Positions 1 through 10,006 of a stretch of DNA of 64,000 nt are shown piece after piece. The position numbers were made by a program, and so were the translations under genes. The DNA comes from Deltaproteobacteria bacterium (lineage in GTDB: Bacteria; Myxococcota_C; UBA6777): the NCBI GenBank assembly GCA_006226375.1, contig SBHC01000026.1, positions 30,903 through 94,902 on the forward strand, read 5' to 3'. Within the stretch, counting starts at the first letter, position 1; every line of letters begins with the position of its first letter. The notes beneath the pieces were generated by a model that made no database searches, was not told the DNA's origin, and worked only from the letters and a program-made list of their open reading frames with translations.

Positions 1-1292
1 GCCCAACGAAGACCACCCAATTCAACCGTTGTAGCCTTGTGTTCGTAGCGAGCAGTGACGCCAGTTTCAACTTTTTCAGGCTTCCAGCACGTTCCGCTCC
101 GCTTGAGCAGGATAGCATGGGCAGGAAGTTCCCGGTTGCCCGAGTCATCCACCCGAATCCCACCAGTTACCAAGAGGACGTTGTTGTCCAATCGGGAAGT
201 CTGGTGCCAGAGGCGGCCGTCCACCTCTGTGTTTTTATCCGGTGCAGGGAACGGACCACAGCCATCAGCTGTCACAGGATAACGGAGAGCCCCTGTGACC
301 TTGCTGGTTTCAGCCGACTCGCCGACGACATAGTCTTCCACTTCAAGGACTTGCTGACCCACAGGCAAGGTTCGCTTGGTCGGGTCCATCGGCGCTGCGA
401 TTCCCCCCACCATGACAATCTCGCTGTCACCAATCAGGGTAGCTGTGTGAAACGCCCGAACCTTCTTCAGACCGTTTCCACTGCGGAGCGTGTCGGAGTC
501 GGGGTCGTACACTTCAACGCTGTTGAGAACGGAGAGCTTGTTGTTAATGAAACCAAGTCCACCAGCAATGATGACTTTTCCACTGGGCAACACTGTCGCT
601 GTGTGAAAAGCACGTGGGTTTGCTAGAGCAGCGTTGGAGAACTCAACCAACCCGGTTTGGGGGTTGTACAACATCAAGCGCTGGAGCAAGAAGCTCGACT
701 GGCTAATGTCATAGGCGCCGCGGTTGCCGCGCATCTCGACAGTCCCACCGACAATCAGCATCTTTCCATCGGGCAAAGGAACGATCTGATGGCCTACCAA
801 CTTGCGAGGCGAGCTGCTCTGCAGTCCGCTGGACAAAATGGTGAGCCAACCAAATGCTTGGACCCTGCTAACTAACAGTCCTCTGTCGACAGAGCGGGAT
901 ACAAACGGTAGCTGCGACCGACCGAAGGCAACGAGCTTGCCGGCATCGTTGAACAGGGAAGCTTGCATCGAGAAGAAAGGATTGTTCGCTTTCGGATCGA
1001 TGGCAAACCCAGGGACTTCGCCGTTGGAGTTGGAGAAGTCAAAGGAAAAGGTTTGAGGAGACTTTTCCAACCCATCACCTGACACCACAAATTCCATGCG
1101 CGAGGCATCAGAAAAGGACTGTCCAGACGTTGGAATGACCTTGAGTGAGATGTTTCCCTCAGGAGCACATCCAACAGCGATGGATAACCAGAGAGAAGCA
1201 CAAAGAGCGACAAGCCAAGGCATCCGAGACTTGCGGGAGGACAGCCTTGAGACCTGGGCTGCACAAGTGTTTTTTTGACTAAGGACTACCAT
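1..1292 (-). CDS. Kelch-repeat (beta-propeller) lipoprotein, 3' end runs off the window
   Basis: Not in the ORF track; translated by hand. Open frame from ATG 1292 (or ATG 1223) to the window edge. MPWLVALCASLWLSIAVGC has a lipobox. Kelch-type motifs RAFHTATVLPSGKVIIAGG, RAFHTATLIGDSEIVMVGG and RLWHQTSRLDNNVLLVTGG follow. Confidence 0.8.
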   Translation of the reverse strand, partial: MVVLSQKNTCAAQVSRLSSRKSRMPWLVALCASLWLSIAVGCAPEGNISLKVIPTSGQSFSDASRMEFVVSGDGLEKSPQTFSFDFSNSNGEVPGFAIDPKANNPFFSMQASLFNDAGKLVAFGRSQLPFVSRSVDRGLLVSRVQAFGWLTILSSGLQSSSPRKLVGHQIVPLPDGKMLIVGGTVEMRGNRGAYDISQSSFLLQRLMLYNPQTGLVEFSNAALANPRAFHTATVLPSGKVIIAGGLGFINNKLSVLNSVEVYDPDSDTLRSGNGLKKVRAFHTATLIGDSEIVMVGGIAAPMDPTKRTLPVGQQVLEVEDYVVGESAETSKVTGALRYPVTADGCGPFPAPDKNTEVDGRLWHQTSRLDNNVLLVTGGIRVDDSGNRELPAHAILLKRSGTCWKPEKVETGVTARYEHKATTVELGGLRW

Positions 1293-1353
1293 AACAACAC
1301 CAAATTCATCAATCCAACAATAAGCATCCCAAAAGGCCCAGAGAGTCGATTCC

Positions 1354-3708
1354 TTACTCGGGCTGGTTGATGTTTACAAAGACATTGTAAGCATTGGAGG
1401 GGGAAGTTGCGACAATCGCTGCGGTGACACCGCCTGCCACAGCAACTCCTCCAACAATCGCTGTCCAGAACCACCACTTTTTGGTAATGGGGGTCGGGCC
1501 AGTCGGACGTCGTGGAGGGGGACGGCGGACGATTGCTCCACCATCGTTATCTCCACCACCCCAAGAATCGCTTCGACGACGGGGAGGTGGTTCTCTTCGA
1601 ACAATAGAGTCATCATCATCTGTGTTGCGCTTGGGACTCACAGGCTCAGGGCGGGGTTTGGGCCGTCGAATCGGAGGCGGGTCTTCCACAACAGGAGTAC
1701 GCACTCGGCGGACACGACGACGAGCCAACACTTTTTCTCGGTAGGCAGAGTCGCGAGCGATTCGTGGAATCGGATTGGACCAGTCCACATCAACATCAGC
1801 GTCAAACTTGCCGGAACGACGGGGTCGGGGAGTTACTCGAGGCACACGAGCCACACGTCGAGGCTTACGAACAGGGGGAGGTTCGACTGCAGCCGGACGC
1901 GGTCGGGGTTCCACAACGGCTGGACGAGGCTCGGGACGAGGCTCTACAGCGGCGGGCCGGGGTTCAGGACGGGGTTCCACAGCAGCGGGTCGAGGCTCAG
2001 GGCGAGGCCTTGGGCGAACGACAGGCTTGCGAGTCTTCGAGATCGAATCCACGTCGTCATCATCGTCATCTCCACCAGGAATCACCGGCTTGGGACGAGG
2101 CTGGGGGCGCGGCTCCACTACAGCAGGACGCGGCTGGGGGCGGGGCTCCACTACAGCAGGACGCGGCTGAGGACGCGGTTGAACGACGGCAACCTTGGGT
2201 TGAGGCCGAGGACGTGGACGAGGCTGCACAACCTTCATTCCACCCGCGATGTTTCCATCGTCATCATCGTCGTCGACACCATCCAACGAGGGATCGTCTT
2301 GGGCAAGCCGGTTGGGACGAGTTTGGGGTTTGGCGACGGCGACTGTGGGGTTAGGCCGGGGTGTCGGCTTCACCACATCGCCAGCCCGGGGTTCCGGTTT
2401 GGCAACAGGAGCAGTTCCCGTATCCCAGGCTTTGTTTGGCAAGGAGTTGTAGCTTCCCATCTTGGCCTTGATCGCGTTCGCGACCTTGATCAATTTGATG
2501 TCCACCATAAGAAGCTCGACATCAAAGGGAATCGGGGGATAAGCCTTGAGGGCGCCGTCGCTACGACGATAAATAAACATGGACAGACGGTTGGCCGTTG
2601 GTTGTCGCTCAAAGTAACCAAACATCACATAGTTGACCTTGAGGCTTGAGGCAATGCTTTGAACATTGCGACGAACTCTGGCGTTGACCAGACCCGACCG
2701 AAGGGAGCTATGAATCGCACCAATTTGCGCGGAGAAGTCTGCGCCACCGGTTTGAGGGATACGCTCCAGAGAAACAGACAGCTTGGTCGCCCGGCTTCCG
2801 CGAATGACAACAGGTTCTGCAAAAGGAATGAAGCCCGACTTACGGACCCAAAGGTAATGTTTGCCAGGAGCCAACCCTTTGATGACCAAGGGGCTGGAGG
2901 CGTTGGAGAGGATCTTGTCGTTGAATTGAACGCTGCTTCCTTCGGGAAGCATGATCCGGATGCTCCCTTTGCCGCGTCGAGCACGTCGCTGGGCACCTTG
3001 CAGCACACGACGCATGGCAGGTGGCATCTTTGAAACGGCGTATTTTCGTTTGGGGGCCAACGCGCCAAGCCGGTTAATGGCTTGTTCGCCTTGCTCACCC
3101 AAACCCAGACGGAAAAAGCAAAGACCCATCAAACGGTACAGTTCCAGAAACTGATTGAAGTCACGTACGTGAACCATACCTTGGTGGAAGCTACGTAGAG
3201 CGCCTTCCAACTTGTCCTTTGCGGGTTCGTACTTCTTCTTCCGCATCAGGTTCTTGCCGAGTGTAAACAAAGACATGGCTTCGTTGTAGGCACTTCGGTT
3301 GGGGAGCACAAAGGTCTTTTTGTTCTCGTCTTTGGTTGCACCGACGACAGCAAACCCGCGAGACTTGAGCAACCGACCCATCTTCTTCGAGACGGCAGGG
3401 ATGGAGGAAACGGCAGCCGCTTTTCCCTTCACAGGAACAAAGGGCACAATCGTAAGTTTGGTCTCGGCCTGGGCAGATGAGAATGGGACGCCTCCAAAAC
3501 CAAGCGACATCCCAAGGACAAAGCCCAACACCCAATGTGGCAAGTGATTGACTCGTAGGGTGTAACAAGGCGTTGTCTGTGGAAAAGTCTTTACCGAACT
3601 GTACATGCGTGATGAACTCCTTCGTTGAAACCCGTTATGGTGGCGCTGGGGTTGCCTCTCGACCACCTGCTCCCTCTTTCCTCTTAAGTACTGAAAGACA
3701 CAAAGCAA
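1354..3708 (-). CDS. PEGA-domain secreted/membrane-anchored protein with TPR-like helices and a long Pro/Arg/Asp-rich linker
   Basis: Signal-like segment ending AQA-E. PEGA-like motif GLAPGKHYLWVRKSGF. C-terminal KKWWFWTAIVGGVAVAGG hydrophobic anchor. True start is probably downstream of 3708. Confidence 0.75.
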   Translation of the reverse strand: MLCVFQYLRGKREQVVERQPQRHHNGFQRRSSSRMYSSVKTFPQTTPCYTLRVNHLPHWVLGFVLGMSLGFGGVPFSSAQAETKLTIVPFVPVKGKAAAVSSIPAVSKKMGRLLKSRGFAVVGATKDENKKTFVLPNRSAYNEAMSLFTLGKNLMRKKKYEPAKDKLEGALRSFHQGMVHVRDFNQFLELYRLMGLCFFRLGLGEQGEQAINRLGALAPKRKYAVSKMPPAMRRVLQGAQRRARRGKGSIRIMLPEGSSVQFNDKILSNASSPLVIKGLAPGKHYLWVRKSGFIPFAEPVVIRGSRATKLSVSLERIPQTGGADFSAQIGAIHSSLRSGLVNARVRRNVQSIASSLKVNYVMFGYFERQPTANRLSMFIYRRSDGALKAYPPIPFDVELLMVDIKLIKVANAIKAKMGSYNSLPNKAWDTGTAPVAKPEPRAGDVVKPTPRPNPTVAVAKPQTRPNRLAQDDPSLDGVDDDDDDGNIAGGMKVVQPRPRPRPQPKVAVVQPRPQPRPAVVEPRPQPRPAVVEPRPQPRPKPVIPGGDDDDDDVDSISKTRKPVVRPRPRPEPRPAAVEPRPEPRPAAVEPRPEPRPAVVEPRPRPAAVEPPPVRKPRRVARVPRVTPRPRRSGKFDADVDVDWSNPIPRIARDSAYREKVLARRRVRRVRTPVVEDPPPIRRPKPRPEPVSPKRNTDDDDSIVRREPPPRRRSDSWGGGDNDGGAIVRRPPPRRPTGPTPITKKWWFWTAIVGGVAVAGGVTAAIVATSPSNAYNVFVNINQPE
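1880..2225 (-). repeat. Intragenic 33-nt tandem repeats encoding PRP(E/Q)PRPA(A/V)VE
   Basis: Near-exact copies at 2111-2143 and 2144-2176 (ggctccactacagcaggacgcggctg...). More diverged copies at about 1880-2010. Confidence 0.85.
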
Positions 3709-3912
3709 ACCATGCCATGCGTCCGAAGAACTCTTCCGCAGCAGGAGAGCTTGGGCTGAAGATTCGCCCCAACTATATATGGGAGGAAACGTTTGGGGTC
3801 AAGAGATGATCTAGATTTGACTTCCCTTTTTCCCCTTCGTATGATACTCCATCCTTTTGATTGTTCGCTAACCGCCGTTGGTACTCGACTTCCCTTTTCA
3901 GCGAGAGTAGGG

Positions 3913-4359
3913 ATGCAGGATCAAGATCGACTGTCTGTCTTTTTGAGTTATTTGGGGTTCCTGATACTGGTTCCCCCCTTCCTTGCGTACGTCTTCTTGA
4001 GCAAGGCGACCAACCCCAACGTGTTCTTGACGCTGTTCTTTCTGTTGTTGACCGCCATGTTCGGTTCACTCCCCTTCCTCTCCTACTTTCTGGTGGCCCG
4101 CTCGACCTACTCCAGGTTTCACGCACAACAAGGAGTCTTGGTAACCTTTGTGTTTCTCCTTGGAGTCACGTTGATGAGCGCCATCCGATGGATTTTCCTC
4201 TCCATGCAATGGACCACGCAGTGGCTCTACATTGTCTTTTTCCTATGGATTTTCATCTACATTTTCGTTAATATTCTAGCTGCAACCTCTGGCTTTTTAG
4301 GCAAAACCTGGAAAATCCCCCTTGTGGGCCGTATGACGACGTCTACCGACGCCAAGTAG
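3913..4359 (+). CDS. DUF4870-like small membrane protein
   Basis: ATG 3913. LSYLG..., RFHAQQG and WKIPLVG motifs with several TM helices. Confidence 0.65.
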   Translation: MQDQDRLSVFLSYLGFLILVPPFLAYVFLSKATNPNVFLTLFFLLLTAMFGSLPFLSYFLVARSTYSRFHAQQGVLVTFVFLLGVTLMSAIRWIFLSMQWTTQWLYIVFFLWIFIYIFVNILAATSGFLGKTWKIPLVGRMTTSTDAK

Positions 4360-4517
4360 CTCCTCGACTTGGCAACCAAAGACTTCAGCCGGAAGCCTTG
4401 CTTTTTGAACCCCCAAGCACTATGGTTCAGATTGTTCAGCAACGTTTATCCATGAGCTCACATCACAACCTATGAGCCGGTCTGTTTGCCTCCTGCTTTT
4501 TCGAATGGGAATCTGAG

Positions 4518-4652
4518 ATGACGAACTCTCCACAAAGCGAGTCACCTCCACCCAACCGAGGCGAATACCTTGTTCTTCTTTTCGTGGTGTGCTTGCTCAT
4601 CATGATACTGTTTACCTACTGTGGACCCCACATCCGCAAAAGTTTGTTCTAA
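4518..4652 (+). CDS. 44-aa single-TM small protein, Flp-pilin-like
   Basis: Hand translation: MTNSPQSESPPPNRGEYLVLLFVVCLLIMILFTYCGPHIRKSLF*. Below the ORF-track cut-off. Confidence 0.4.
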   Translation: MTNSPQSESPPPNRGEYLVLLFVVCLLIMILFTYCGPHIRKSLF

Positions 4653-4709
4653 ACTCAACAACAACCTACACATACAACCGCAACCGGACACAAAAGGAGA
4701 CAGAGATCC

Positions 4710-5681
4710 ATGAGTAAACTGGTTCGCCTAATGATTTCAACGCTGGCTGTTTTTGCCGTGATGCTGGGACTGAGCCTCTCTGCCCACGCACAGCAACTTG
4801 ATGATTGTGACAACCTCCCCAAAGTTGCTCAAGGGGAAGGTTATGGGGAGTGCCTCGCCAAATGTTATGCCAAACACTGTGGCACTGCTGGCCTCCGCTG
4901 CCCCACCGTCCAACTCAAAAACCTGTTCAAAGTTCGTTGTCGTGGGAAGTGTCGCGAAATGATGCGTCGCAAACAAGACATGCGTCGGCTCATCACCTTC
5001 TGCCGAGGGTTGAAGGTCGAGCGTGAACGCGCCGCTCGTTATCGCCGTCGGTTGATCCTCCGACATAACATGTGGATGGCGAAGCGCAAGCTCGTCCATC
5101 GACTTCGTATGCAATACCAGCAAGCCAAAGCCCGACGACAAGCGGCCGCTGCTCGCGCCTACTACCGTCGAATGAATCTGGCCCACGCACAACAGATGCA
5201 GCTCATGCGTGAAAAGATTCAAATGAAAGCCAAGTTTTACATGGCCCGCGCTGCGGTTCGGCATCGTCAACGAATGGAACTTATCAACCAAGTTGGACGA
5301 CTGAAGAAAGACATCATCCAGGCCCGCGCCAAAGGTGACAAGCAACGATTGGAAGCCCTTCGCAAGGTTGTTCTTGCCAAGAACCAAAAGGTGTACGTGG
5401 CTGAGAAGAAAGAGAAGAAGCTCAAAGTTGAGTTTCACAAAGCGAAGGTCAATGAAAAACAGCACGACATCAAAGAAGTGAAGGTCAAGAAAGCCCAGAT
5501 CCAGGAGGCGCAGATCGAAGCCAAGAAAAAGAATGACCAAAAGCGTCTCGAAGATCTCGCCAAACAATTGGGTGAACTCGCCGGCAAGCAGGCTGCGCTG
5601 ACCCGTCAAGCAGAAATCGAACGACAAAAGCTGAAGAAAGCCAAGGTCGCTTACGCTTCCGTCAAGCAGAAACCCATGTAA
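4710..5681 (+). CDS. Secreted, highly basic coiled-coil protein with Cys-rich N-terminal domain
   Basis: SD AAAGGAG upstream. Signal peptide ending AHA-Q. Eight Cys in the first ~75 mature residues, then K/R/Q/A-rich helical sequence. Confidence 0.8.
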   Translation: MSKLVRLMISTLAVFAVMLGLSLSAHAQQLDDCDNLPKVAQGEGYGECLAKCYAKHCGTAGLRCPTVQLKNLFKVRCRGKCREMMRRKQDMRRLITFCRGLKVERERAARYRRRLILRHNMWMAKRKLVHRLRMQYQQAKARRQAAAARAYYRRMNLAHAQQMQLMREKIQMKAKFYMARAAVRHRQRMELINQVGRLKKDIIQARAKGDKQRLEALRKVVLAKNQKVYVAEKKEKKLKVEFHKAKVNEKQHDIKEVKVKKAQIQEAQIEAKKKNDQKRLEDLAKQLGELAGKQAALTRQAEIERQKLKKAKVAYASVKQKPM

Positions 5682-5778
5682 GTGGCTTCATGCCTTCCTC
5701 TTCTTGGCTTTGGTTCCCTACTTTATCGAAAGGAGTATGAAGTCAGCATTCCTACACAATCTGGCTTCGTAAGATACA

Positions 5779-6999
5779 ATGAAAAAGTTATCCTTTGTTG
5801 CTCTTCTCGCTTTTGTGCCGATGTTGACCATGTGTCGACCGGCTGATGTTCGTCCCCACTTCAAGAACTGCAACTACAACGGTGCTTCCTCGGGTACAGT
5901 TGTGAAGTTAACCTGTCGCGGAAAAGGCGACAACCACGGCACTGCACTCACCGACGCTCGCAAAGCAGCCGCATTCACTGTGGCTTCCCGTATGCTGATG
6001 TCCGGTGCAGACCGAGCCAAATTCTCGATGGTTGAACGCCGGTTCTTCCTCGCCCATCGTAACTTTGTACGAAGCTGCACCACCAACGGCACCATCCAAC
6101 AGGACGATGACGGTAGCGTGTTGGTCATGGCCTTCTGCAATGTGGACCGCACCCAGGTGGTTGCTTTCCTCAAGGACAACGGCGTGATCAACCCCCAACA
6201 GACACGCGAAGATATTGGAAACCCCACTGTCGCAGTCGTCACCAAATGGTCCACGCACGATGCAAGCTGGAACGAGTTGGTCAAGAACTCTGCTTCGGAA
6301 TTCCTAACCGCTCGCAAATACAACGCGCTCGACCTCAGCAGCGGCATGAAGAACCTCAAGACCCTGGAACAAAAGATCCTCAAGTCTGACAACATCCCCA
6401 TCGACAAGAAGTACCGCGCTGCCATGATGATGGGCGCCGACGTCTACGTCGAACTCGCGGCACGCAACGATATCAAAGGACCCAACGTTCGTGGAGTAGC
6501 AGCCGTGAAGGCCTACGAAACCACCACCGGACGTTTGCTGGGAAGTTCCAGCTCTTTTGGTCGTCAGTACCCCTTGAGCATCGCTGGCGCACAGCAAAAA
6601 ACCGTCAAGGAATCCATCCAAAACGCGATGGAAAAGGTGCTGACCCAAGTCATGGGTTACTGGCGTGACGATGTGCCCAAGGGCAACCGTTACTACATCA
6701 CCCTCGCTGGTCAGCTGAACGCAGTGGAAGACATGAGCGATCACATCAACTTGAAGCTCAAGCGCATTCCGAATGTTACCAATGTGAAGTGCCCCACCAT
6801 TACACAACAGCGTATGATCTGCACTTTCCGCTCCAAAGGTGACGTGGCTGAGCTTCGCTTGAACATCAAAACTGCGCTTCGTCGCTCCCCAGGTGTTCGC
6901 TCTGTTTCACGTCGAATTGCAACACGCAAGTTCTTCTTGTTCACGATCAATCACAGCGCTCCATCGGGTAGTCCGGACTCTCTTCCTCCCGGACTGTAA
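5779..6999 (+). CDS. Lipoprotein, DUF6175/FlgT-CsgG-like
   Basis: Signal peptide with Cys19. Motifs PTVAVV, GADVYVE and VKAYETTTGRLLGS are typical of this superfamily. Family assignment is tentative. Confidence 0.6.
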   Translation: MKKLSFVALLAFVPMLTMCRPADVRPHFKNCNYNGASSGTVVKLTCRGKGDNHGTALTDARKAAAFTVASRMLMSGADRAKFSMVERRFFLAHRNFVRSCTTNGTIQQDDDGSVLVMAFCNVDRTQVVAFLKDNGVINPQQTREDIGNPTVAVVTKWSTHDASWNELVKNSASEFLTARKYNALDLSSGMKNLKTLEQKILKSDNIPIDKKYRAAMMMGADVYVELAARNDIKGPNVRGVAAVKAYETTTGRLLGSSSSFGRQYPLSIAGAQQKTVKESIQNAMEKVLTQVMGYWRDDVPKGNRYYITLAGQLNAVEDMSDHINLKLKRIPNVTNVKCPTITQQRMICTFRSKGDVAELRLNIKTALRRSPGVRSVSRRIATRKFFLFTINHSAPSGSPDSLPPGL

Positions 7000-7039
7000 G
7001 CCTCTCCCAAACCCTCCCTCCCTCAACCTTGAGAACCCC

Positions 7040-7456
7040 ATGAAACTCTTAACCTTCCTAGTTGACCACTTCCGCTGGGCACCCTTCTCCCAAACTCTCG
7101 AAGACGCTTCCACAGATTACGAAGCCGACGAAGTTGGAGAAGCCGTGGTTGTCTTCCTGCACCTCGAAAAGAACGACATGGTCGAAGACAACTACAACAA
7201 AGTGTTCCGCAAAACCCTCAAGCACATCAAATGGTTGGCCAACAAAAAGGGCTTCTCTGATGTTGTCCTTCACTCCTTCACACACCTGGGAGGAGATTCT
7301 GCTGAACCCAACGAAGCCGAAGCCTGGATGGAAGCCATGGCCGAACGCCTCGAAAGCACCGGCTACCACGTGAAGATCACACCGTTTGGTTGGTTCTCTT
7401 CCTGGGACATCAGCGTACAAGGTGACAGCCTCGCCAAGGTTTGGAAAGAGTTCTAA
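7040..7456 (+). CDS. Stand-alone archaeal-type threonyl-tRNA synthetase editing domain protein
   Basis: 138 aa from ATG 7040. VVFLHLEKND, VLHSFTHL, PFGWF and SVQGDSLAK match the archaeal ThrRS N-terminal editing domain (FISVEKxD, VYPFAHL, PFGYY, SCKGHPLAE). Confidence 0.85.
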   Translation: MKLLTFLVDHFRWAPFSQTLEDASTDYEADEVGEAVVVFLHLEKNDMVEDNYNKVFRKTLKHIKWLANKKGFSDVVLHSFTHLGGDSAEPNEAEAWMEAMAERLESTGYHVKITPFGWFSSWDISVQGDSLAKVWKEF

Positions 7457-8059
7457 CTTTCTAGACGGGCTCCACTGCTGCAAGAAACGGGTAAGGGAAG
7501 TATCACAAGTCCAACCATCAACAATCCACAAATGACGCGGATAACACAGACTGATGGAACGCAGGCTCAATTGATTTGGGTAAGCATATTAGGAAGAAGG
7601 GGATAGCACAAACCTTTTCCACTGAAGACTGGCCGCGCCAAAGTTAAGCAACAAACCCACCTGACATCCAGTTGCCTTCAGGTAATTGATAACCTGTGAC
7701 TCTTCCGTACCACTCAATCAAACCAGAAAACTCTCCCGCCTGTGAATTTTGAGGAGTCTGCAGACAGATGAAGAGCAAACTTTCCTTTTCATAATCCACT
7801 CCCCCAGCGATTGTTTCCTCCCATAGAAACACTGTTGCAGGTTAAGAAACGAGGTGAAGCAGACCAACCATTTTACCATACAAGTCCAATCCTTAGAACA
7901 CAACACAACGGCAACATACGCAAATTCGATGAGGTTGAAACTTCCAACAAAACGAGTACACTGGAATCAATGCATTTGGACTGATTGTTTCTTGTAGGAA
8001 AACAGCGGTCACCCAAAGGGGTATGGGATACCTAAAACTTGCGGCAGAAGGACAACACA

Positions 8060-8911
8060 ATGACGACACGACGAGATGTACTGCAAATGATGGCGATGGT
8101 TGGGGCTCAAGTGACTGTACCCACAGTGATGGGACTCAACGAAGCCGAAGCCGAGCAAGCCAACCCAGGCAAGTCCAACAACCGTGTGCAGTTGGTTCGT
8201 CGCCCCATCCAAACCTTCAACGTCAGGAAGTCCGAAGACAGAGGGATGGCGAATCATGGATGGTTGCTTGCCAAGCACTCCTTCTCGTTTGCCAACTACC
8301 GCGACCCCAAACACATGGGATTCCGCTCTCTGCGTGTAATGAACGAAGACAGAATCCAGGCCGGCCGTGGCTTTCCCATGCACCCACACTGGGATATGGA
8401 GATCCTAACATTCATACTGGATGGCGCACTCGAACACAAAGACAGTATTGGTAACGGCTCCATCATTAAGCCCGGCGAAATTCAGAAGATGTCAGCCGGT
8501 AGTGGAATTCGTCACAGTGAGTTTAATCCTTCGAGTGACAAACCCGTCCATCTTTTGCAGATCTGGCTTTACCCAGACAAACGAGGGATCAAACCAGGCT
8601 ACCAGCAGCAGGTCATCCCTCAAATTTCAAGCCCCGATCCAGTTCGATTGATTGCCTCTCCCAATGGCGCAAACAACTCCGTCACCATCCAACAAGATGC
8701 ACGGATCTATGCCTGCCGAATGTCCAACAGCCAGCACATGCACTTTGAGGTGAAACCCACACGACATGTCTGGATTCAAGTCGCCAAGGGAAGCGTCACC
8801 ATCAACAAAAAGGTGTTGAAGCAAGGAGATGGTTTTTCAACCAGTGATGTGGGGTGGATTTTTGCGCAGGCCAACCAACAATCCGAACTGTTAGTGTTCG
8901 ACCTGGCTTAA
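8060..8911 (+). CDS. Pirin family (YhhW-like) bicupin with Tat signal peptide
   Basis: RGMANHGWL, HSFSFANY, GFPMHPHWDMEI, GIRHSEFN and LLQIW motifs. N-terminus MTTRRDVLQ...AEA. Confidence 0.9.
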   Translation: MTTRRDVLQMMAMVGAQVTVPTVMGLNEAEAEQANPGKSNNRVQLVRRPIQTFNVRKSEDRGMANHGWLLAKHSFSFANYRDPKHMGFRSLRVMNEDRIQAGRGFPMHPHWDMEILTFILDGALEHKDSIGNGSIIKPGEIQKMSAGSGIRHSEFNPSSDKPVHLLQIWLYPDKRGIKPGYQQQVIPQISSPDPVRLIASPNGANNSVTIQQDARIYACRMSNSQHMHFEVKPTRHVWIQVAKGSVTINKKVLKQGDGFSTSDVGWIFAQANQQSELLVFDLA

Positions 8912-8929
8912 AGAGAGACGAGGGGTGAG

Positions 8930-9853
8930 TTAGGGGCAGGTTCCTTTCGTTCCGCTTGCATCCGTGCAGGCCTTGCCCGTGGGACATCCAGGTTTGTCGC
9001 AACAGTAGGTAGGCACAATGCCGGGCACACATTTTCCTGTACCTGGTGCACAAAGAAGACCCTGCGTACAGTCACAATCGACCTTGCATCCGGTGGTACT
9101 GGAAGGTTTGCAACAAATCAATGCCGGGTTTCCACAGGCCAGTGAGTTGTCTTGAACAGTGCCTGGCGCACAGGGTAAGCGAGAGTTCTGGCAAGTACCA
9201 CTGGCTTGCTCACAGCCGTTGTTGGCTGGTTTGCAGTCTTGCGCACAGTTGCATTCGGTTTCACCGTTGCTCGAATCACACTGACCGTCACCACAGTTCA
9301 CGCACACAAAGTCCTGTCCGGTGGTTACGCAGCCTGGAGGAGAACCCACGCTTCCTTTCTTAAGCCCCGAACAACACTGCTCCGTGAGCTTGATACGAGC
9401 GCCCAACTTTCCACACCCTGGAGGATTGTCCGTGGGGAGTTGCTCAGGTGGAGTTGGCTCTGAACCTGCATCAGGATTCAACTTCTCTAGCTGTCCCGGC
9501 TCTTGTGACACCTCAGCAGGAGCTTTCTCTTGCTCAGGCTCTTCAACAACAGATGGCTCCTCAGGAACGTTGGGCTCGGCAGGGTCTTTGGGTTCTTCAG
9601 GAGTTTGGGTTACTTCTTCTCCTGGTTCTGTGGAAGATTTTTCTTCACCAGGCTCTGATTGGGTTGGCTCGCCCGCCGCACCTTCATCTCCTTGAGAGAT
9701 ATCCACAACCACTTCTTTGCTCGATTCAGAAGAAGATGAACCCTCTTGCCCTCCTTCTCCTGAACCAACAGGTTGACTGCAGCCTGGAGCCCAAGCCAAC
9801 ACAACCATCAAACACAACACCAACGAACCAAGTACAAACTTACGACTCATCAA
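8930..9853 (-). CDS. Cys-rich lipoprotein with Glu/Pro-rich linker
   Basis: Lipobox APGC, acidic EP-rich stalk, and a C-terminal half with many Cys (CGDGQC, CKVDCDC). Confidence 0.8.
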   Translation of the reverse strand: MMSRKFVLGSLVLCLMVVLAWAPGCSQPVGSGEGGQEGSSSSESSKEVVVDISQGDEGAAGEPTQSEPGEEKSSTEPGEEVTQTPEEPKDPAEPNVPEEPSVVEEPEQEKAPAEVSQEPGQLEKLNPDAGSEPTPPEQLPTDNPPGCGKLGARIKLTEQCCSGLKKGSVGSPPGCVTTGQDFVCVNCGDGQCDSSNGETECNCAQDCKPANNGCEQASGTCQNSRLPCAPGTVQDNSLACGNPALICCKPSSTTGCKVDCDCTQGLLCAPGTGKCVPGIVPTYCCDKPGCPTGKACTDASGTKGTCP

Positions 9854-10006
9854 AACAAATCCTCCTCAGAAAGAACGCTTCCAACTCAAAACTTTGCTGG
9901 ACACAAACCGACGTACAAAGTTTAACAACTTGGCCTGCAAAAAGCGAACTGCTACCCTACAATCCAAACTCCATGCAACCTCTACCTACCACAAAGGAAC
10001 GAACGA

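Noticed and set aside
7457-8059. 600-nt gap with short ORFs (7644-7832, 7718-7906)
   Set aside because: No recognisable protein motif, repeat or RNA structure; left unannotated.
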